From an uncultured Gammaproteobacteria bacterium (lineage in GTDB: Bacteria; Patescibacteriota; Microgenomatia; Daviesbacterales; UBA10151), in contig CAYMRP010000003.1 of the NCBI GenBank assembly GCA_964392925.1, positions 50,786-114,785 on the forward strand: a stretch of DNA of 64,000 nucleotides, read 5' to 3'. The notes below the pieces were generated by a model that saw nothing but the letters and a program-made list of their open reading frames with translations, did not search any database and was not told the DNA's origin. How positions within the stretch are numbered: position 1 is the stretch's first letter; the number at the start of each line of letters is the position of its first letter. Shown here piece after piece: positions 56,990 through 64,000 of this stretch. A program made the translations under genes and the position numbers.

Positions 56990-58171
56990 ATGTTCTTCTA
57001 TCATTCATTACTTCATAACAAACAATTCCGTTATCTAGGTGCATTCTATACTCATTCAATAGTAAGGCTATTTGCAACTGCGATTTTTCAGATATTCAGC
57101 GGAATTTATATTTATCAAACGTTAATGGGGTTTGGGCTAGATTTTCAAAAAGCCATAGCCACTACAGCCTTGATATTTGGATTAATATTTTTGATTCAGG
57201 CTTTGGCAGTTGCGCCCTCTTTATGGCTAATTGAGAAGAAAGGCTTGAAGTTTGCGGTTTTTTGGGGGAATGCCGCACAGATTTTATGTTATGTATTTTT
57301 GGCATTGGCAGTGTTTGATCCGATATTCTTTTTACTGGCTGCGATTTGTGATGGAATTCAACTATCGCTTTATTGGACTGCTTATCATATTTATTTTGCT
57401 AATCTAACTGATGATGGTAATCAGGGGAAGGAGATGTCATTTAATGCTTCTCTAGCCGCGATAGCAGCAATCGGGGCACCAGCGTTTGGGGGATTGGTGA
57501 TTGCCTTTTTAGGATACGGGGCGGTTTTTGTGGTGATTTCTATTTTGATGGTTGCGGCAATGGTTCCACTGCGGCATTTGCCAAAGCAAGATGATAAGGT
57601 GCCAATGGATATTTTAAAAACACTTCTGGCAATATCGCCAAAGAAAGAGATTAAAAGTTTGGCGGCATACGCAGGGATAGGAGTAGGGCAAATTACAACA
57701 ACTGTATTTTGGCCAATTTTCGCGTTACCGATTGTGGCCGGAGTGGCAGGAATTGGGTTTTTAGGATCTTTGATAGGATTATTTGGTTCGATATCAGCTT
57801 TAATTGTAGGGCTGAGTATAGATAAATTTGGTGTTAGAAGAATTCTAAATATTGTATCACCGCTTGATTCAATTGCTGGACTTATGAGGATGTTTGCGAT
57901 GAGTCCGCTTCAGGTGTTTGGAATATCTACTATTGCTTCAGCTTTTACAGAGAGTCAGTTTATATCGATTGATTCTTTGGCTTATGCGCGCGGCCGTCAT
58001 AGCAACATAGTTGCAATTATAGTGCAAAGAGAGGTAGGATTGGCGGTAGGGAGATTTCTATTTCTACTTGCTATGGGAATTCTCTTTTGGTTTGGGTTAC
58101 CGTTACCGATGATATTTTTAGTGACGGCATTGGTGGTTTTAGCATCAAGACTATATCCTGGAGATAAATAA
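56990..58171 (+). CDS. MFS-type membrane transporter
   Basis: 12 TM pattern; GLSIDKFGVRR; GAPAFGG. Confidence 0.75.
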   Translation: MFFYHSLLHNKQFRYLGAFYTHSIVRLFATAIFQIFSGIYIYQTLMGFGLDFQKAIATTALIFGLIFLIQALAVAPSLWLIEKKGLKFAVFWGNAAQILCYVFLALAVFDPIFFLLAAICDGIQLSLYWTAYHIYFANLTDDGNQGKEMSFNASLAAIAAIGAPAFGGLVIAFLGYGAVFVVISILMVAAMVPLRHLPKQDDKVPMDILKTLLAISPKKEIKSLAAYAGIGVGQITTTVFWPIFALPIVAGVAGIGFLGSLIGLFGSISALIVGLSIDKFGVRRILNIVSPLDSIAGLMRMFAMSPLQVFGISTIASAFTESQFISIDSLAYARGRHSNIVAIIVQREVGLAVGRFLFLLAMGILFWFGLPLPMIFLVTALVVLASRLYPGDK

Positions 58172-58173
58172 AT

Positions 58174-58965
58174 ATGGAGTTACTAATATATATTTTAGTT
58201 TTTACATTTTTAGGCAGTATTGCTTCATTGGTAGGAGGGATTTTTTTGCTGTCAAAAAAAGAACTGGTTGGTAAGATTTCGCATTATTTGTTTTCATTTG
58301 CGGCTGGAGTTTTATTGGGTACGGCTTTTTTTGATCTGCTTCCCGAGGCATTTGCTGAGATTGAACATTTAGCTGAAGAAGGAATTATTGTAGAGACAAA
58401 TATATTTCTTTGGACATTTTTAGGAATTATTGGCTTCTTCTTTTTAGTTAGATTTTTGCACTGGTTTCATCATCATGACGATCATTTTAAAGATGAGCCA
58501 AAACAGACAGTGTCGCTTATTGTAGTCGGAGATACTGTACATAATTTTATAGATGGAATGATAATTGCGGCTTCATTTTTTGTAAGTATTCCGCTGGGTA
58601 TTCTTACAGCTATTGCGGTGGCAATTCATGAGATACCACAAGAGATAGGAGATTTTGCAATTTTAATTAAGAGAGGTCTGCCTAGGAAAAAAATCATTCA
58701 GATTAATTTGATAAGTGCGGCGGCAGCAATGGTAGGAGCGATGCTGGTGTTTATTTTAGGAGAATCAGTCAAGGCTATGCTGCCGATGTTTTTGGCACTG
58801 ACTGCAGGATTCTTTATCTACATAGCGACGGCCGATTTAATCCCTGAGATTCATAAAGAAGATAACCAAAAGGTGGCTTTCATGGAAGCTTTACTACTCG
58901 TAATTGGAGCGCTTACTGTTTATGGTTTGGCAATAATTTTAGAAAGCGCGAATCTTCATGGATAG
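58174..58965 (+). CDS. ZIP family metal transporter
   Basis: DLLPEA, His-rich loop HWFHHHDDH, HNFIDG, HEIPQE. Confidence 0.92.
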   Translation: MELLIYILVFTFLGSIASLVGGIFLLSKKELVGKISHYLFSFAAGVLLGTAFFDLLPEAFAEIEHLAEEGIIVETNIFLWTFLGIIGFFFLVRFLHWFHHHDDHFKDEPKQTVSLIVVGDTVHNFIDGMIIAASFFVSIPLGILTAIAVAIHEIPQEIGDFAILIKRGLPRKKIIQINLISAAAAMVGAMLVFILGESVKAMLPMFLALTAGFFIYIATADLIPEIHKEDNQKVAFMEALLLVIGALTVYGLAIILESANLHG

Positions 58966-59512
58966 TAAAAAAAATTTAAATTCTGATAATCAGATAATAT
59001 CGGCGGTTGATAGTGCAGGTAACTTTATTCGTTATATTTCGAAGGAAGATGGACATACAGGTGAAGGCATTCATCATTTAGCAATTACAGTTTTTATTTT
59101 TAATTCAAAAGGGGAGCTACTTTTACAAAAAAGGAAACATAAGGTATTTGATAATTTTTGGGATAACACAGCGTCAACTCATCAGCTGCATTTGGAAAAT
59201 GGCCATGACGAGAGTGACAAGGAGGCAACTTTACGAACACTGAAAAGAGAGTATGGGATAGAGAATGTTGAACTTGAGAATTTGGGAGGATTTAATTATT
59301 TCGAGAAAATTGGTGGGCTTTGTGAGAATGAGTTTTGCAAATTGTTGATTGGAATTTATGATGGTGAAGTAAATTTAAATCCTGAGGTTGGATATTCGTA
59401 TAAGTGGATTTCAAAAAAAGATTTTATGAGAGAGCTTGAGGAGATACCTGGGGAATATACACCATGGTGTAAAGCAGCAGTAAAGATTCTTCATGATAAA
59501 GGTATTTTGTAA
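58958..59512 (+). CDS. IPP isomerase type 1-like Nudix protein
   Basis: HTG..HHLAITVFIFN, LLLQKR, ENEFC, YTPW; catalytic-Cys position reads TASTH. Confidence 0.7.
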   Translation: MDSKKNLNSDNQIISAVDSAGNFIRYISKEDGHTGEGIHHLAITVFIFNSKGELLLQKRKHKVFDNFWDNTASTHQLHLENGHDESDKEATLRTLKREYGIENVELENLGGFNYFEKIGGLCENEFCKLLIGIYDGEVNLNPEVGYSYKWISKKDFMRELEEIPGEYTPWCKAAVKILHDKGIL

Positions 59513-60051
59513 TGGATCTTGAAGAGGAGTTGGTTGATATTGTTGATGAGCGAAATATTGTTATCGGGCAATCTTCCAGAAGAGAAGCGCATGCTAGAGG
59601 GCATATTCACCGGGCGCTATCCGTATTAGTTTTAAATTCTAAAGGCGAGATATTACTTCAAAAGAGATCTGCTAATAAATCGGTCCATCCCATGTCTTGG
59701 GATTTATCAACCTCAGAGCATGTGTTGAGTGGAGAGAGTTATGAAGATGCGGGATTTAGATCTGTAAAAGAAGAACTCGGTGTTGAGGCAGTTGTAACAA
59801 AAGCTACGGAAATAACTTTGCAGAAAAGGAAATATCAGGTTAAGGGGGAGACGGTTTTTGAGAATGAAATTGTTCTGATGTTAAGGGCGATTCATGACGG
59901 TCCTTTTGAAATAGATCCAGAAGAGGTTAATGAAGTTAAATTTTTTAAAGTGGAAGAAATTGAGCAGATGGTAAAAGGCGGTGAAGACTTCACTACTTGG
60001 TTTTTGGACGAATGGCTGAATGTAAAAAAAGTAGTTAGTTCAATCACATAG
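59512..60051 (+). CDS. IDI-like Nudix hydrolase
   Basis: AH..HRALSV, LQKRS, WDLSTSEHV..GE, EELG, ENEI, FTTW. Confidence 0.7.
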   Translation: MDLEEELVDIVDERNIVIGQSSRREAHARGHIHRALSVLVLNSKGEILLQKRSANKSVHPMSWDLSTSEHVLSGESYEDAGFRSVKEELGVEAVVTKATEITLQKRKYQVKGETVFENEIVLMLRAIHDGPFEIDPEEVNEVKFFKVEEIEQMVKGGEDFTTWFLDEWLNVKKVVSSIT

Positions 60052-60300
60052 CTCAATCCGGCTGACGGGAAACGTTAACTCCGGATAAGTGGCTGATTTG
60101 GCGATGCTAGTTGGTATCGATCGAGTAACCTCCAGGTTCCGTTCCGGTAGTTGATCGGGGCGAAGTAAAAATGAGGCTAATTTTGGTACTTCGAATCCTC
60201 TAATTGTAACTTCTCCTGAATCTGAGACGGTAAAGCGGCGGTGTCTCTTTACTATTCTTGATTGAGAAGGAGAGGTGTCGATTTCAGGACTTATTGCCAT
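60040..60300 (-). CDS. Hypothetical orphan protein
   Basis: 86-aa ORF; start overlaps mvaD stop (TGATG). Confidence 0.45.
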   Translation of the reverse strand: MAISPEIDTSPSQSRIVKRHRRFTVSDSGEVTIRGFEVPKLASFLLRPDQLPERNLEVTRSIPTSIAKSATYPELTFPVSRIELCD

Positions 60301-61277
60301 CAGAAAAGATGTGTCTTGGACAATCTTACTCCGTCTCCTGGATAATTTACAATAATGTTTTTGACTTCCGAGAGCTCCTTTAAGTTTGCTTTTAAACTTT
60401 CAACATGGTTCTTTTCAACAATTAAATGGACATCCTGGCCGGTGTTGACTGTGAAATAAACAGGAATTCCCTCTTCGCGCCATTTTTTGCAGAGCTTCAT
60501 TAATAAAAGTGAATTGGGCATAAGGTAGATTAAGGCTGGTTTTTGGGTAATATAAATCGAGTGGAGTTCGAGAGCTTCTGATTCAATTAGTTCGCCGAAT
60601 TCTTTAAAGTTTTTTTCTGTTATTAATTTCTTAAGTAGTTCGTTTTTAGCTTTCATTCCTTCTACTCTAATGTTCATGAAAGGGGAGGTGTTGGCTCCTT
60701 CATGGGCATCTGAAGTTGAGATTTCTTTTCTGCCTTCTGAAACAACTGCTACGACATCTGCGATCTCCCAATGGTCTTTTTCAAATATAGTTTTAGCATA
60801 GGAGGTTTCAGAAGTGTCGCCATCTAACCATTCTACAATTCCTGCAGGAATTGAGCGGCAGGCTGATCCGGAGCCTTGTCTGGCAAGTATTGATAATTCT
60901 GATTCAGATAATTCAAGACCAGCAGCATTTGATCCGGCTACTGTTAGGGCTGCAAATCCTGAAGCGGAAGAAGAGAGGCCGGTTCCGGTGGGGAAAGAAT
61001 TTTTTGAAACTACTTTAGCGAAAGTATTTATACCGGCAATTTTTCTAATTCTGTCTAAATGTTTTATAACTTTTGCGGCTTCTTTTTCTCTTTTTTCGTC
61101 ATTTATAGTTATATCATCGGCGGTTAAGTTTTCGTCAAATTCTACAGTGGTGGTAGTTAAAAGATTTGATAAGGACATGGAGATGCTGCCGTTCATCGGC
61201 AGTCTTAAGGTTTCGTCTTTGCGGCCCCAATATTTGGTGAAGGCAATATTGGATGGAGCTATAGCTGTTGATTTCAT
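60300..61277 (-). CDS. mvaD: Diphosphomevalonate decarboxylase
   Basis: NIAFTKYWG, PTGTGLSSSASGFAAL, ARQGSGSACRS. Confidence 0.93.
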   Translation of the reverse strand: MKSTAIAPSNIAFTKYWGRKDETLRLPMNGSISMSLSNLLTTTTVEFDENLTADDITINDEKREKEAAKVIKHLDRIRKIAGINTFAKVVSKNSFPTGTGLSSSASGFAALTVAGSNAAGLELSESELSILARQGSGSACRSIPAGIVEWLDGDTSETSYAKTIFEKDHWEIADVVAVVSEGRKEISTSDAHEGANTSPFMNIRVEGMKAKNELLKKLITEKNFKEFGELIESEALELHSIYITQKPALIYLMPNSLLLMKLCKKWREEGIPVYFTVNTGQDVHLIVEKNHVESLKANLKELSEVKNIIVNYPGDGVRLSKTHLF

Positions 61278-61771
61278 ATTAGGAATCCGTATTCTTTAAG
61301 AGTTATTTTAGATGATTCTGAGAGATCTTCAAAGACTTCTTTTAATTCTTCCCGAGTAAAGAATCTTAGTTCGTCAGTTTCTTCGGGATTAAATTTAAAA
61401 GGGCCATTTGACTGAAGAGTGTAAAGCTTAGTCATTGTTTTGTGAGCAGGATCATCTATTATCATTCTTTTGAGAAAGGCAGGTTTGGCGCTGAGTCTTA
61501 ACTCTTCAAGGATTTCTCTTTCTGCGGCTTCGTCATAGGTTTCTTCTTCACCGACATGTCCGCCTACTGCATTCGACCATTTTCCTGGGTTACTATCTTT
61601 TTTGACACTTCTTTTTTGAAGCATCACTTGTCCTTTCTCGTTAAATACTAAAACTGAAATAGTCCTATGAAGCAGTTTCTTGGTATGGGCTTCCTTTCTG
61701 GGCATGTAATTCATGACGTAATCGTTTTCGTCAACAACAATTACTAATTCTTCGGGATCTGTGTAATTCAT
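61274..61771 (-). CDS. IDI-like Nudix hydrolase within mevalonate operon
   Basis: AH..LHRTISV, LQKRS, PGKWSNAVGGHV..EE, EEL. Confidence 0.7.
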   Translation of the reverse strand: MNYTDPEELVIVVDENDYVMNYMPRKEAHTKKLLHRTISVLVFNEKGQVMLQKRSVKKDSNPGKWSNAVGGHVGEEETYDEAAEREILEELRLSAKPAFLKRMIIDDPAHKTMTKLYTLQSNGPFKFNPEETDELRFFTREELKEVFEDLSESSKITLKEYGFLI

Positions 61772-62754
61772 TGCTCAAGTCTAACTCCATCTGTATTTAC
61801 TTCAACTTTTAAAACTTGGCCGCCGGCGTTTTGAATTGCTTGCTGAACTGCCTTGATTCTATTTTCGGGAGCAAGAGCAATCATACAATCGCCGCCGCCG
61901 GCACCCGATAATTTGGCACCAAAAGCTCCGGCATTTCGAACTGCATTGATAATTGAGGAGAGTTTATTGGTGGAAACTCCCAATTGTTCAAGCAGTGTTT
62001 GATTCGAATTCATTAATTCGCCGAGTTTTTTCAGATCATTATGAGCAAAAGCCGCTTTTGCTTCTTCAACAATTTCTTCCATGTTGTTATAAATTTCGTT
62101 TAACTCTGCTTGTTTATTCTCGAAGCGGGCTTTGACTTCTTTGACTATTGTGGCGGTATCGGCTTTGACTCCGGTGTAGCCAACAATGAGTGGTAGATGG
62201 CTAATAGCTAATGGTTGAATGGTTTTGCCGCCGGCTACAAAGTATAAAGTTTCGCCGTATATTGCGGCTGCTAAATCAAAGCCAGATCCTAATCCCTGGA
62301 CATCCAATACCGTTTGATAAGCAAGGTCAAAAATTTCTTTCTGAGTTAGTTCTGGTTTAAATATTTCTGCCAATGCTTTGACCGTACAAACTGCGGATGC
62401 AGAAGAGGAGCCAAAGCCAAAAGTAGACTTAAATTGGGCAACAGTTTCTAATTGAATTCCAGCATGTGGGGGGATAGCAGCGGCGTATTTTTCAAAGAAA
62501 TTTTTAGTTGCGAATTCGACAAATTTTGCACCTTTTGGAATTTCGTCTTCTCCGAGATGAGACATCAGTTTATTGTAATTTTTAATATCAACGTCGGGGG
62601 CATTTAATTTAAAAACTGGTTCATCGTTATAGGAAGCGGTTAGAGAGAGCCTTTGATTTACGGAAGTTACAATACATGGCTTACCGTAAACAACGGCATG
62701 TTCACCAAAAAGCATTAATTTTCCGGGAGCTGAAACTGTAATCTTTTTGTCCAT
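61768..62754 (-). CDS. GHMP kinase, probable phosphomevalonate kinase
   Basis: SAPGKLMLFGEHAVV, GFGSSSA, QGLGSGFDLAAAIYG (PMK-type), AKLSGAGGGDC. Confidence 0.75.
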   Translation of the reverse strand: MDKKITVSAPGKLMLFGEHAVVYGKPCIVTSVNQRLSLTASYNDEPVFKLNAPDVDIKNYNKLMSHLGEDEIPKGAKFVEFATKNFFEKYAAAIPPHAGIQLETVAQFKSTFGFGSSSASAVCTVKALAEIFKPELTQKEIFDLAYQTVLDVQGLGSGFDLAAAIYGETLYFVAGGKTIQPLAISHLPLIVGYTGVKADTATIVKEVKARFENKQAELNEIYNNMEEIVEEAKAAFAHNDLKKLGELMNSNQTLLEQLGVSTNKLSSIINAVRNAGAFGAKLSGAGGGDCMIALAPENRIKAVQQAIQNAGGQVLKVEVNTDGVRLEQ

Positions 62755-62755
62755 A

Positions 62756-63700
62756 TTAAATAATTCCTGTTTCTGAAATCTGAACTGAATAGTACTTTAA
62801 ATTATTTTCCTTGGCAAATTCTATAAGTATATTTATGTTTTTATGAAAGGCTAAAATCATTCCTGATCCTTTTTTAATTCCTCCAGCTCCAGTTATTTTA
62901 GCGGCTCCTTTTAAGTTCTCGATTTTTGTAATGATATCACGGGTTGTTTCACTAACGACTCCCAAACTTTCTAAATTAGATTCCGATTGTTTAATAATTT
63001 TAAATAATTGAGACTCAGTATTGTTTAATAATGCGTCTTTTAATTGATGTGCTAGAGCTTCCTGACTGTTGATAATTTTATTAAATAAATGTTTGTTTTG
63101 TTTAGCAAAATTTGAAACATGTTCCACCATGTCAGATGTTTTTTCAAGAGGCTTGCCTGAATCGATCAATAGAAATTTTAAAGCAGATTTAGTAGAGATT
63201 CTAGAATAGTCCTCACCTTTTCTAAACCAAATAAGTCCACCATAGACAATTATAGTGTTATCTCCGCCAGAGGGATTTCCTTGAAATATTTTTTCACCCT
63301 CATAAACTAATTGATTTAGTGTTTCGAGGTCACAATTAACATTCAAAAATTTTAGCAGAGCTGAGGTGAAGACTGCGCAAAAAGCGGCGGAGGATCCAAG
63401 GCCTGAACCGATTGGAAGATCATTGTTAAATTTGATTGTGTAGTTTGGAATTGAGGAAAGAGCGAATTTTTTGGTGATTAATTTTTCTAGATTGATTTGG
63501 AATTTTTCGATTGCATCATCATGCTGAATTATGCCAAGGATTTGTTTTTTTTCTGATGAATAGATTCTACCTGTAAATCTTAAATTTATTGCAGCGAGGA
63601 TAGCAGGTTTGCCATAAACGACGCTGTGTTCGCCGATCAGGTGAATTTTTCCGGGGGCTGAAACTTTAATAATATTAGAGGGGTTTGAATTTGATTCCAT
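62756..63700 (-). CDS. mvk: Mevalonate kinase
   Basis: SAPGKIHLIGEHSVVYG, PIGSGLGSSAA, GNPSGGD, KITGAGG. Confidence 0.85.
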   Translation of the reverse strand: MESNSNPSNIIKVSAPGKIHLIGEHSVVYGKPAILAAINLRFTGRIYSSEKKQILGIIQHDDAIEKFQINLEKLITKKFALSSIPNYTIKFNNDLPIGSGLGSSAAFCAVFTSALLKFLNVNCDLETLNQLVYEGEKIFQGNPSGGDNTIIVYGGLIWFRKGEDYSRISTKSALKFLLIDSGKPLEKTSDMVEHVSNFAKQNKHLFNKIINSQEALAHQLKDALLNNTESQLFKIIKQSESNLESLGVVSETTRDIITKIENLKGAAKITGAGGIKKGSGMILAFHKNINILIEFAKENNLKYYSVQISETGII

Positions 63701-63974
63701 ATTCAATGATGTCGGCGGCCTGAGGTTTGCGGGATCTTCTGACAACTGAAATAACTTTAAGTCCGATTTTTAAATCTGATTCTTCGCAGTCAATTATTTG
63801 AGAGGGTACTTTAGTGCCGTTTTCAAGTTCAATTATACCGGCAAAATATGGTGCTTGATACTCAAAACCAGAGGGAGCGGTGAAGATTTTTGTCCATACT
63901 AAAAGCTTACCTTTTTGAGAAAGGTTTTGATTTAATTTCTTAGTATCCCGCCAATGTTTTACTGGACTGCTCAT
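63675..63974 (-). CDS. DUF35-type OB-fold protein without zinc ribbon
   Basis: SPVKHWR N-terminus, WTKIFTAPSGFE..APY..IIELENG, IEYGIKF. Confidence 0.75.
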   Translation of the reverse strand: MSSPVKHWRDTKKLNQNLSQKGKLLVWTKIFTAPSGFEYQAPYFAGIIELENGTKVPSQIIDCEESDLKIGLKVISVVRRSRKPQAADIIEYGIKFKPL

Positions 63975-63982
63975 ATAATTTA

Positions 63983-64000
63983 AATTGTTAAATTGTTAAA
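63983..64000 (+). repeat. Octamer repeat AATTGTTA, runs off window edge
   Basis: AATTGTTA AATTGTTA AA. Confidence 0.6.

Noticed and set aside
1512-62135. Numerous antisense or nested ORFs in the track (e.g. 1512-1877, 43555-43956, 52903-53244, 60814-61299)
   Set aside because: Fully overlap well-supported genes and show no motifs; treated as shadow ORFs.

Overview
AT-rich bacterial chromosomal window using the standard code (TGA = stop). The gene content suggests Patescibacteria/CPR, Microgenomates-like, but this is inference: polA without a 3'-5' exo domain, ATP-dependent ligase, sortase, mevalonate pathway with a DUF35 protein, many orphans, near-leaderless genes. In order: 3' end of rpoD; tRNA-Asn with a duplicated 3' end; an ~11 kb accessory detox/resistance-like cluster (2x VOC, 2x DUF1801, ABC-F, ArsR-SRPBCC, MFS, S8 protease, YdeI); an orphan behind a leader-peptide attenuator; a complete trpEGDCFBA-trpS operon under a T-box; lepB-CAP fusion, ftsH, polA, mutM, recF, carAB, Fic, tRNA-Met; a three-gene ATP-citrate-lyase-like cluster; sortase, ligase, TatD, EndoQ, pth; three IDI-like Nudix genes; and the lower mevalonate operon. 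Best candidates for novelty: (1) a transcriptional Trp T-box with an ultrashort Stem I and the UGG specifier in the apical loop, apparently in tandem with an upstream ribosome-type attenuator; (2) dispersed 7/8/9/11-mer tandem microrepeats inside coding sequences and at stop codons; (3) a three-piece ATP-citrate lyase; (4) a ~146 bp tRNA-targeting mini-element. No CRISPR array, integrase, transposase, reverse transcriptase or rRNA was seen. All calls come from motif reading only; no database searches were run.
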